Position numbers and translations under genes: made by a program. From positions 163,184,001 to 163,248,000 of the forward strand of contig NC_059425.1 in NCBI RefSeq assembly GCF_021028975.2: 64,000 bases of DNA. Reading direction: 5' to 3'. This stretch comes from Sphaerodactylus townsendi (Eukaryota). The notes beneath the pieces were generated by a model. It saw only the letters and a program-made list of their open reading frames with translations, searched no databases and was not told the origin of the DNA. Below, piece after piece: positions 1 through 11,678 of this stretch; position 1 is the first letter of the stretch; each line of letters begins with the position of its first letter.

Positions 1-377
1 TTGCAATTAACAGACAGGCTGTACCATCCACCAAGGTCAAATTTCTCATTAGGGGCATGGAATCATCCTTGTTGTGTTCAGCTGGATTCAACAGGTCAGC
101 TAAAGCCCTAACTTGAAAGTTTCAAAAGGGCGTGGCAATGTGCTCACCTTCCAGAGAGTTCTCACTTAACCTGATATCTGATTGGTTACTTGGTCATTAT
201 TTGGCGGGGCCAGTCATAAATTAATTTCATCAGAGTTAGCAGCCATCTTTTCTTTGTCTGCTTTGCCTCTATTTTGCTTGAAGAACTTTACTCATGTACT
301 GAGGCCTTATTTCCTAGCAAGTATTTCTTTTAGTAAGTATATTTTATTTCATTGTGTATCTGAAAATGCACCTTATT

Positions 378-425
378 ATTTTTTTAATTAAATTTATAGG
401 CCGCCTCATCCTCGATGGGCTCAAT
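378..425 (-). mobile_element. L2 LINE extreme 3' tail fragment
   Basis: tttataggccgcctcatcctcgatgggctc resembles the reverse complement of the L2 tails at 48500 and 52200. Confidence 0.4.
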
Positions 426-884
426 TTTATGATTTTGTATTCAATGCACATTTTTAAAACTCTCATTTTACAACATTACTTTAATTTTAAAATATACAAA
501 ATTCTGTTTAGTGTTTTAAGTACTGATTCAGAACCCGTAGCTTGGTATTTCTCCCACCCCAAAGGCCAAGACAGGTCGGTGGCAACCCCTTACAGTCTCT
601 CCTCCATTCCATCTTAGTATGGTAAGGTAAGGAAAAACAGATATAATGAAACTGAATTCATATGTGGTTACATCACTTATCAATTCATTCTTCCTCCCAA
701 AAGCATGAACACTGCATTAAAACCCATGATGCAGTCCAGAGACATGTATTATTTCTGCTTACGAGTTAGGCTCCATACACCCTTAATGTGCTTTGGTTGT
801 TCATGTAGACACTGACCTCTGGAAGATGTGTCCGGGCAAAAATTCAGTGGGCTGAATTCAGTTCAAGCCCCTGGGGTGTTTCGG

Positions 885-1075
885 ATGATGGATTAGCATC
901 TGGGAGACCCTGGTCCGAATCATCATAATGCCATGAAACTAATTGGATGACCATGGATCCATCATACTTTGTCAGACTAAACTAGTTTACAGAGATGTTG
1001 GGAGGGTAAAATAGAGAGGGTCCACCACATATGCTCCTCTGAGCTCCATGAAGGAAGGGCAGGATAAAAATGTAC
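885..1075 (+). mobile_element. Old degenerate tRNA/CORE-type SINE
   Basis: tctgggagaccctggtccgaatc (B-box-like), ggatgacc, and a tail ctcctctgagctccatgaaggaagggcaggataaaaatgta. Confidence 0.55.
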
Positions 1076-1960
1076 TCTTATCAATACTGCAGGACTTCCA
1101 AACACTCTCTGCATACACAGTCAATTTCTGCTTGACCTATCTGTAAAAAAACCCAAAAACTTTCTTCCTTGTCACAGCAACAACCACAATGAATGTCCGG
1201 GCAGAAATTCAGCAGGACAGATCTCATTATCCTATGTTGTTAACAGGAAAGGATGGCTGACAGATAAAAATAAAATTTTATGAGCTCAATTTGGTGCCAA
1301 ATACTGTTATTCATCTCCTCTGTGCACTCCAGTAGCGCTGTCTTCTCCTGAGTGACTTTTCTTTCCATTTTATGCATGTTCCCCAGTGCAGCATCCATGG
1401 GCAACGTGGTGCCTATCAATGTGTTTCCTGGCACACACTTCCCTTTTCTCTAAAGTTTCATGCTAATCCTGGTGTCCCTCCACTTCACTCAAATGAGACA
1501 TTTCAGAAAAGCTAGAAGGCATTACTGTTGTGTCTGCTCGGAGCACTCATTTGCTGCCATCATAGGACAATGCCTGGTATGGAACCTGCTAAGATTTTCA
1601 TGATTGTATCTATCTAGAGAGTGGGGCAGCTATTTCATGAATGGACCCACCCCACTCTCTAGAATAGTCACCATTTTGTGTTGTACCTGCTACCTGAGCT
1701 TACAGGTTTAACAAAATTGGGAAACCCTATTTCAGTAGTTTTATTTTCCTCCTCCTCCTCCTATATATACCATTTCAGTTTCCAACAAATTCATTTCTAT
1801 TCTTTTCTAGCACACCTGATATAATAAATGGCTTTGCTAGCATATCTTGTGGTGAAGTTGCCATTTTTCCCTGAGAAAAACTATCCCCTCGCTTGTCACA
1901 TAGTTTTGACAGAAGTTGTGTTTCTGCTTGTGGTTATCAAAGGCATATACTATATCAAAG

Positions 1961-2359
1961 ACAATACTAGAACCAGGGGGCATTCATTGAAAATGCTGGG
2001 GGGAAGAATTAGGACTAATAAAAGGAAACACTTCTTCACGCAACATGTGATTGTTTTGGAATATGCTGCCACAGGAGGTGGTGATGGCCACTAACCTGGA
2101 TAGCTTTAAAAAGGGCTTGGACAGATTTATGGAGGAGAAGTCGATCTATGGCTACCAATCCTGATCCTCCTTGATCTCAGATTGCAAATGCCTCAGCAGA
2201 CCAGGTGCTCAGGACCAGCAGCAGCAGCAGAAGGCCATTGCTTTCACATCCTGCACGTGAGCTCCCAAAGGCACCTGGTGGGCCACTGCAAGTAGCAGAG
2301 TGCTGGACTAGATGGACTCTGGTCTGATCCAGCAGGCTAGTTCTTATGTTCTTATGTTC
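1961..2359 (+). mobile_element. CR1 LINE 3' end (ORF2 C-terminus + 3'UTR)
   Basis: Encodes NTRTRGHSLKMLGGRIRTNKRKHFFTQ (CR1 TRGH motif) and ends in the (TTCTTATG)n tail. Confidence 0.9.
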
Positions 2360-4046
2360 AAAGGGTATGACCTCCAATTTTATAACTCCAGTTACAGGAT
2401 TTAATTCCCTTTATGCCACTGGAAGTATGTATACAGGATTTAATTCCCTTTATGCCACTTGGAAGTATGTATAATTGGAAGTATGCATAAAGATGTTGCA
2501 TTTATGTGATAATGCATTTAACATTAAAAAGATGGCATTTAACATTAAAAAGATGGCTTTTATCTAGTCCTTTGGGAAAGGGCCTAATTGTGGCTCCTTT
2601 TCGTCCTCCTGGGTAGTGCTTTGGTGATTCCAGCAGCATCAACTCAATTGCAATGGCTGTTAAAAATGAGCCGGTTGGGGGCAGCAGCGCTTCTGCTCTG
2701 CTTGCTGGGCTGCGACACGTGGAAAGCAGTGATGAAAACCTTAGGAATGGGGTCTCCTCCCATGTAAACAAAGAACCGCAGGAAGACCCCACTGGAGCAA
2801 ACTACCGGTACTTCATGGTAAGCAGGGCATGCATAAAGGGCCAGTGAATACATCAAAAGGATCCAATGCAGCTATAGTTGATGGATGCTATTTTACATGA
2901 ATCCATGCATGAAAGTAAAGAATGGCTTTAGGTCTTCAGGCGACATAACAATGAGTTCTTCTCATTCTCATAATTCATATTATACTACTATTAAATAAGA
3001 GCTATATTTTAGACTAAGATTCCATATGGAAAATGGATTCAATCCTTTCTCTACCCCAATTTTATACAGGTATAATTAATTATGTATGTTATTACCTAGA
3101 AGATGCTTATTCAAGCATCAAACCACAAAAAGAAAGACAATTACATTCATTTCATAGCTTCAAGATTAGTTTGAGAGGCTTCTAAATTTAATCTGTTTAA
3201 TGACTTAAAGGTGTGATTAGGAGATACACTTCTACTAGTTCAAGCAACGTTTAAACAAAAAAAGAATAATGCCTCTAATCTTTCATTCTGTCAAAAAAGT
3301 TAAAAGAAGTGGAAACCCTGGGGACATAAATATTGTGGGAGATGAAAAGAAAGTTGAAATCTTTAAAATATAAGCCAGTAATATTTACACTGCTGCTTTT
3401 TGGATGGTATGGTTATATATAGCCACAAATGCACGTATCAAAAAGTGAAATAGCATGAGGATAATTTGAAGATAATTTCAGACTGTTTTGGAGGTTTCAT
3501 CCTAAGGGAAAATTGCAGGTTTCATTTTGCAGACAAAATATTCCAGCAAATTGACCCAAAGCTTTGCCTGTTCTTCAGACAAGCCTCCATCTGCCTGCCT
3601 AAATGTCTCAACCAGCATGTAAAACTAGCATCCCAGAGCTCCAGACAGCCCTCCTTAATGTGAAGGGACAGGTCTAAGCTTAAATTATTCCAAAAGATAC
3701 CTGTACAGACAGAATTCTTTCACACATGCATAGCTAGTGTTTGGAACTATATTTAATACTTTATCCCAGTCAGCAGACCACAGCTGGTCAAGATCCATCA
3801 TTTTGGCTATGCTTTGTCAACAGATAGGCAGCATGGTCTGTCCAAGAATACGAAGTTCAAGATGTCATCCAAGATCAGGCTAAAAAATTGCTCTCTTAAG
3901 CAGGCAGTACACTCAGGAGTAGATCCAAGCAGCAGAGTCAGTGTCCAGCCCAAGATCAGGCAACAGGTTCTCCAATTCTGGAGAACAAGTCCACTACAAG
4001 CACATCTCTTAACAGACACATAAGGTGCAGCTGAATCCAGACATTA

Positions 4047-4343
4047 AGAAGAAGAAGAGTTTGGATTTATATCCCCCCTTTCTCTCCTGCAGGAGACTCA
4101 AATGGGTTTACAATCTCCTTGCCCTTCCCCCCTCACAACAAACACCCTGTGAAGTAGGTGGGGCTGAGAGAGCTCTGAGAAGCTGTGACTAGCCCAAGGT
4201 CACCCAGCTGGCATGTGTGGGAGTGTACAGGCTAATCTGAATTCCCCAGATAAGCCTCCACAGCTCAGGTGGCAGAGCTGGGAATCAAACCCGGTTCCTC
4301 CAGATTAGATACACAAGCTCTTAACCTCCTATGCCACTGCTGC
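4047..4343 (-). mobile_element. Squam3-type tRNA-derived SINE, young subfamily
   Basis: Minus-strand A box TGGCATAGGAGG and B box GGTTTGATTCC, (TTC)n tail. Near-identical to the copies at 34908, 54906 and 56242. Confidence 0.88.
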
Positions 4344-6799
4344 TGAATGTTGATTAAGTTGAATGTTGATAAAGTGATGTTGCTTTGACAGGTGTCTATA
4401 ATTGAACAAACAACAGCTAACTATTCACAGAAAGTGTAGACAGGACAAACAGTTGCAAATAGAAGCATAAATAATTTTCTGAAGAAATCAATAGATTGAT
4501 GCAAGACAGTGAACGGAAACTAATACAATCAGTGAAAGACAGAAGGTAAAAGACTGCAAAAAAAGGAAAAATAGAGACTTCACATCAAAGGAAAACAGAA
4601 TGAGGTTACAGCAGCCAAAAAAACCCCATCAATAAGTGTCTGAAACAGAAGAAAAGAAATTAATAATGTTCACCAAAAACGAATGAAAGAAACTTGTAGG
4701 AAAGAAAACTGATGATAGATGTGCAAATACACCAGCAAGTAAAAGGTAACAATTTAGAAAGTTAATGGAATATACTCAATGAAAGAACAAATTCTATCTT
4801 TAAAAATGACACGTGGAACTGCAGTGATAAAAATTCATAGAGAGAAAAAACACATTGACAGCAGTGTTTATAACCAAAGAATGCACAACCTATTGATTTA
4901 TGATAGCCTAAAATGTTCCAGATATCAGAAATCAGCACAGCACGTTTGAGTGAGAGTCAGCACCCTTCCAGCCACATAGCCTGAAGGAACTTCCACAGAA
5001 ATCTTGATAATTTCTGCCATAAACTGCAGTCCCTTATACCTCACCCAACACTGTTTGAAGATCCCTTCAGTTGCAGAGGCATCTTGTGGGTGTGAACGCC
5101 ACCACTAAAACTTATCCTTTGTTAAACAAGCCATCAATTAAAGATGGTTTCTTCCCTTTCAGAATGTTACGTTTTGGATTGTAGGAGAAACTAGTCAAGT
5201 GTTTTCAAGTGTTTAAGAGTTCAAGCATTCAACCATACTAGATACTACAGGATTAAATGGAAAACTGATAACAACTCTTGGTACTTGACCTACAACATAC
5301 GCAATTGGTTGGAACCAGTATATAACTTTCATCAGAATCAGAAATGCAAGAAAAAGACTCTAGTAATTACTTGCAGAAGCCAACTGACTGTGTTACAATG
5401 GCCCTGCCCCCATCTCCAGCCAAGATCCCTGAGATAGCAGGATCCACCTTTTATTTTGGACTTTGTTGTTTTAATAGGAACCTCAGAATCTCAGAAAAGC
5501 ACCTGGGATCAGGGATGAGGAAGGGTGTTGCTGGAATTAAAACTAATTTAGTGTAATCTCCCCCAGCTCTTTGGCATATTTCTACAAGAACAAAAAACTT
5601 TCCAAAGCTGAGGACATTGTCTGGAGATGGATCCCCCCCACCCAAGCTGGCCTCCCCCACACAGCCACCCACCCGGCCAAGGAAAAGTTCTTACTTGCAG
5701 TACTGGGAAATGGAGGTCGCTAGAGAGCATGCAAACTGGCAGCAGGTAGAGGAGTGGAGGCAAGAGCAGGAGACAACGGACAGCTTGCACAGGAAGATGT
5801 GGAGATGGCATGGCTCTCTGCCCACACCAGAGTGGCTCCCAAGCTGAGAAGAGCCCATACGGGCTTGAAAGGGCTTCCTCACCTGAGAACAGTTAAATGA
5901 TAAGCTCAAGGTGGGACTTAAAGGAATGGACGGAAGGGATATAAAGCTAAGAGGTTGGAGGGCCAGGGAGGAGAATACTAGTTGTCCTCCACCTTTTATC
6001 TCATTAATCATTTCTATTTTGCCAAGGTCTCTATGCCCATGTAGATCTGGCTCTCAACAGCCTAATTAAGGTAATTTTCCCAATTTTTTTTCACCAAAGT
6101 ATGACAACAGTTAACTTTAAGCATGTCAATAAGATTCAGACTTTTTATCGTGACCCAATCCAAAGGCCAACCTCCCCCCATTTCTCAGGGCCCAGGACCT
6201 TCTTGTCCATAAAAGAAGGGCCTCCCAACAAGCTTTTCCTCAGATCTCTGCTGTCAGAAATCTGGTTTCCTTCTGAGAACACCTGCTGCATTCTGCAGGC
6301 TTTCTCTCTTTACTTAGCCAACTCCTAACTTTGCTCATTAGACCTCCATTGCAATAACCTTTGGACCTCTTCATACCTCAGACCCTTAGACCCTCAGATT
6401 AAAGGTTGTAGGCCCCTTCCGCAAACCTCCCAGTTTCCTTCTTTCTCCCTCTAATAAGGTGTAACCTCTTGTTGGGGTGTATGTGAGTGTGAGGGTGCTT
6501 AGTGGAGGTTCTTTATAGGCCAGTTCATTTTCCCTGGAAGCCTCTACAAAAGAACTCTTCCTTTCTCTCTCTGACTCGTTAAACAATGCAGCAGTAACAG
6601 CTCTGGTGCCAAAAATTCTGGGAAATGTGGCTTCCTAGATTTCTGAAATCAATGCTAAGGAGTTGGGTGCTTTGGGGGTAACTGTGTTACATGGGCTGCT
6701 GGTCTTGCAGCATTCAAGGCACCAGGGAGATCTCACAGAAAATTGGTGAAGGAAATTCAGCTGGGTATTAAATGGATAAGTGAGGAAGGTTCAGAGAGA

Positions 6800-7236
6800 C
6801 ATCCAGAGTCCATCATGCTACTGAAGTTGTAAGGAGAATACCCTGAATTGCCAGAACTGGACTTGGGAGAGTTGCTTAAAAAGACTTACAAATTACTTGT
6901 TAGACCAACAAGGTCAAAAATGAACCATTAGTGATAAATACATTGCTAGCCAGGCAGGATTGAAATTGTCTCTAAAGGATATTCAGCCTAGCAAAGACTG
7001 GTTAAAACAAGATACAAAACACTGCTGTTGGTAAAACCTATTTATTTAATATGATTCAGAGAAGGAAAGGCTGTTAGAAATTGATTTACAGATACTTTGA
7101 ATTTAACCTTCTGCAACAGAAGGTCTGAGCAAACTATTTATCGGTCAGATATTGATTTTTGTAAAATATGCCCGTATTTTTGTTTTTACAATCATCTGTA
7201 AGTATATGGAAAATGTTTATTTCTTAATAAAAAAAT
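6800..7236 (+). mobile_element. Degenerate L1-like LINE 3' end
   Basis: Decayed ORF-like stretch followed by a T-rich 3'UTR ending aataaaaaaa. Motif match is weak. Confidence 0.3.
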
Positions 7237-8318
7237 CAAATATGGCTATTTTTAATTCAAAAAAGGTATATTACTGATAACAGAGGGGTGTTTTTTTTTG
7301 CCAAACTTGCAATAAAGTTAAAATAGTTTTAACATCCCTTATGTACAATTCTTTTATTGGTATGCTTGATATTATATTTAATGTGAAATCTCTGGCATTC
7401 TTGTCTATACTTGATTTCTGGCATGGGTCAGAAAAATGTCACTTTTGCCCAAGTCACGTATAGTATGTCTAAAGCTCTGCCACAGCTCCTAACTTGAAAA
7501 TGAACAGAATTGACTTGCTAGGAGATTTGCATTACACATATAATATATTCATGTACTGAATAATGTATGATAGCCCTTAATGGTCTGTTTCTTCTTGTTA
7601 ACGGTAATCTTATAAACCAGTGGCACTACTTTTTATGGCAGATTGAAAGCTATTTTCTCTATGCTTACTTTACATATTCTCCTAATTAAGGTAGACTAAA
7701 ATGCATTTTTGGACCTGAGGAAAGCCATTTCTTTTCAGCTATCTGCTTTTACAAAGCGAATTAGCTCATTTCAATCATAGGCAACCTCTAATTTAAAACT
7801 GTTGTCAGCATTGAGTATAATCATAAAAGATTTCCATACCCTCCAACCCAGCCTCCCTCCGCAAAAAGAAACAGCTCAGATAAAAATCTAATCTTTACAG
7901 TGACATTTGGGAGTTCACAAACTCCATTCTCCATTACACATTGTCCCTGCCCCCCACCCTTTACAAGAAGTGGCACTGTTTGACATTTTATGATTAAGAT
8001 CCAATTCTTTGCATTTAAAGCACCATTTTCATTTGAAAATTGTGAAAGCAAGCGGTGATAATGAAAAAATAAAATAGACCATGTCTCTGTATTCTGTGGC
8101 TGAAATATGTAGTAATAAGAAGCCAGTAATAAGAGCAAGCAATTCAATCCAAGCCAATGGACTTTTGTTTGCTTAACAACTTCCTTGAAAAGTGGATCTT
8201 CCTTGGATGTATAGCTTTAATTCGAACCTACTAGTTGAAATGTTTGTTCAAAAACAGGGAATTCCACAGACAACGCGTCACCTGAGCATGGCCTAGGCTA
8301 GGAGGAAAGAAGGACATA

Positions 8319-8941
8319 CCATATATACTCGTGTATAAGCCGCCCCGTGTATAAGCCAAGGCACCTAATTTTACCACCAAAACCTGGGAAAACTTATTGA
8401 CTCGCCTATAAGCCTAGGGTGGGAAGCTGGGGTTTGAGGAAGCCCAGCCAGCTGGCAGGCAGAGGGAGCTCCTTATTTGGGCAGTGACTCCCCCTGATGT
8501 CATTGCCCAAATAAGGAGCTCCCTCTGCCTGCTGGCTAGCTGGGCTTCCTCAAACCCAGCAGAGAGGCAGAGGGAGCTCCTTATTTGGGCAGTGACTCCC
8601 CCTGATGTCATTGCCCAAATAAGGAGCTCCCTCTGCCTCCCGGCTGGGGTTTGAGGAAGCCCAGCCAGCCCTGGTGTCTCAGGGTTCCCCCTTCACCCTC
8701 TGAGGAGGGCAACAACAAGCGGCTTGTGCAGCTGCAGGGAGGTCGTCCAGGGCCACACCCCCAGCCTCGGCAGAGGCCTGAAGAGCCCGTTGGCTGCGGA
8801 GGTTTCCCCTTCGCCCTCCAGGGAGGGCAGCAGCAAGCGCTTGTGATTGCTGGTAAGCGGTGACTCATGTATAAGCTGAGGGGGCATTTTTCAGCCTCAA
8901 AACAGGGCTGAAAAACTCGGCTTATAAGCGAGTATATACGA
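8319..8941. mobile_element. Tc1/mariner-superfamily (Tc2/pogo-like) non-autonomous element
   Basis: TIRs CC(A)TATATACTCGTGTATAAGCCG ... CGGCTTATAAGCGAGTATATACG(A), flanked by TA at 8317-18 and 8942-43. Internal palindromes. Confidence 0.85.
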
Positions 8942-9543
8942 TACTTAAATGGTGTTTGGAGGCATACAAGGATTGAAAGGAAATTTTTATTTTTAGGATA
9001 TTTTTTATTTTATAAACTATATTTTGATTCTCATAGACTAATTCAGACATTATTATTTGGTAATGATAAAAGAATGATGTCATTAGTTGCAAATTTTTGG
9101 GCAGTAATTAAATGCGAAAGGGGCTAAGAAAGGGTTATTTCAGGGTTATATCATTCAACACTCTGTTGCCTGCCATCTCTAAGCTCATTTGAACTTTGGA
9201 GGAAAATTTGGGTAGAGGGGAAGAGAGGTTTCTGCCTTTTTTAATGTGGGGGGGGGGGCAGAGTGGCCTGAAAAATGCCGGAAAAAACTAAATTACTGTC
9301 ATTTTTTGGCTGAAAAAATTGAAATGGCTTTTCATTGTTTATTTTCAGTTCAGCTTTATCCAGATGTGCAGCTCTAACCTAAACTAGAGCAAAGCATTCT
9401 GTGCGATAGTGATTAACTACTGCGATGGACTTAGCCAGTGTCGTATAGTGGTTAGGAGCTGAGAGAGGCAGGTTCACACCCATGCTTTGTCATAGAAGCT
9501 CACAGGATGACCTTGGACCAGTTCTTCTCTCTGAGCCTAACCT

Positions 9544-9973
9544 AGAAGAAGAAGAGTTTGGGTTTATACCTAGTGGTGGGATTCAAATAATTTAACAATC
9601 GGTACCAGTGGTGGGAATCAAATAATTTAACAATTGGTTGTTTACAAGCACCATTGTAACAACCGGTTCTGCCAAAGTGATGCGAACCTACTGAATCCCA
9701 CCACTGTTTATACACCACCTTCTCTCCTGTAAGAAGTGTCAAAGTGGTGTCAAACTCTACCCTTCCTCTCCCAACAACAGATACCTCGGGAGGGTGAGAG
9801 ATTTCGAAAAGAACTGCAACTAGCCCAAGTTCACCCAGCGGACTTCATGTGTAGGAATGGGGAAACAAATCTAGTTCACCAGATAAGAGTCTGCCACTCG
9901 TGTGGAGGAGTGAGGAATCAGACTCAGTTCTCCAGATTACAGTCCACCACTCTCAACCACTACACCATGGTGC
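9544..9973 (-). mobile_element. Squam3-type SINE (interrupted by a hAT MITE)
   Basis: gaagaagaagagtttgg tail and tRNA-like head (..ctcaaccactacacca on + strand). Confidence 0.8.
9571..9706. mobile_element. hAT MITE
   Basis: TIRs (T)AGTGGTGGGATTCA / TGAATCCCACCACTG; 8-bp TSD tttatacc / tttataca (7/8). Confidence 0.85.
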
Positions 9974-11528
9974 TCTCACAGAATTGTTGTTATGAGGATT
10001 AAATTGAGGAAAAGAGAATTATGTAAATTGCTTCATAAAACCCATTGGGGGAGAGAAGGGGGTGTAAATGAAGTGAATAAAAATAAATAAACCAATAAAA
10101 TGCACACACGTACCGCCCCAATTCATTTCAGTAACAAGAGCAGCCCTGTGTGCATACTCCACTGAAGTGAATTGGACTCTTCTGTTTACATCTCACTGCC
10201 CTTCCTAGAAAGTGTTCTGCTGTGGTCAGCAGAAGCACATAATTAACATTTCTTTTAGACATGAGGAGACCCCAGCGGGGAGAATATGTGCTGTAAAATT
10301 AAGACAAGATAGCAAATACGTATCTCTGAGGGGAAAAAAACTGAAAATGTTGACATAGCTGTAAAATATAGCTTATAATTTCTTTAAAATGTAAACAACA
10401 TTCAACAAAACAAAATCTGTATGCAACATGCAGCCCAATTAGTCACTTCAATGACAATAAGAGCATTTCCAAGAATGGCCTGTTAGAAGGAAAAAACATT
10501 TGATGGCACTTGGGTTGAATACAAAAATGTGAGGAAGCAAGTGAGTTAGTATTAAGGTGTCAACTTTTCTTTTCTTTTCTCTTTCAAGATGCCAGCTTCA
10601 GTTGCTTTTTTTAAAAAAAAAAAGTCTTGCAGTGTTTCTTTTTGAAAAACCTTTTGAAAAACTCACAATGCTTTTGTTGACTTGAATGTAAAAGTTTCTA
10701 TTCATGATCATTCTGCTTTCTTGCTCAAAATCTATAGTTCTGCTTTAAAAACATAATAAGAGAATTTCAAGTGCCGTATCATAGGACAACAACCTCCTTC
10801 CCACTCTGTGCTCTGTATCATGAAGTGCAAGCTTTGGATTGAATATAAAATCCTGCTCTAAGCAACAGTGGACGACTTAAGGCATGCACATCACATCCTT
10901 GTAAATGAAAAAATCATTATTGGAGTCCAAGACTTTTATTTTCTTCTCACAAGATGATCTTTAAAAAACAGCAAAAAGCAAGATTCCAAAGTAATTATTT
11001 TCTATAGAAATCAAATAGAACAGATAACAGAAATGTATTCCAAAGACCCACATTTGTGGCAGAAGTCAGGTTTATTTATTCGTAGTGCAATTCTATGCAA
11101 TTATTCCAACCTCAGCCCATTGAAATTGATGTGCTGAGAAAGTAATAACTTTGCATAGGATTGCACTATTACTTGTTCTGATTTTTTTTTGTAGTGCTCA
11201 TTTACAGGAACCTTATTTTACAAAGGTGAGATGACCAGATTCAGCATGAGAGATCAGGGCACATAAGCAGCGGTCTATGTTACATTGCCAACCTGAATGA
11301 AGTTGAGCAGTAGGATGAACATTCCAATGCAGAATATGATGCCCATTCAAGCGCTTCTGAACTAGATAAATTCGTCTCTTGATATGAATTGAGAATGCAT
11401 ATCAGACCACTAATGATGTCCAGCTAGTGGATACAGCTGAATCAAATTATTTTAACTTACACTTTTGCCAAGTTTCAGTATATTATTAAAACATTAACGT
11501 TGTTGGCAATCTAAGTAATCTAAGTTAC

Positions 11529-11678
11529 ACACAGACCTCTCTCTGTGATACACCTCTGAAGATGACAGCCACAGACGCAGGCAAAATGTTAGGAACAAGG
11601 TCTACCAGACCACGGCCACACTGCCTGGAAAACCCACAACAACCAGTTGAATCCGGCCGTGAAAGTCTTCGACAATAC
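11529..11678 (+). mobile_element. Penelope-like element terminal repeat with a degenerate hammerhead core
   Basis: cctCTGAAGAtgacagccacagacgcaggc(A)AAAtgttagg...ggccgtgaaagtcttcgacaatac; same family as 47781-47995. Confidence 0.75.

Larger units (their letters stand above)
9433..10090 (+). mobile_element. Old SINE split by a younger antisense SINE (pieces 9433-9543 and ~9974-10090)
   Basis: The head agccagtgtcgtatagtggttaggagc...ctgagcctaacct resumes as ctcacagaattgttgttatgagg...aataaa after the insert. Confidence 0.7.
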
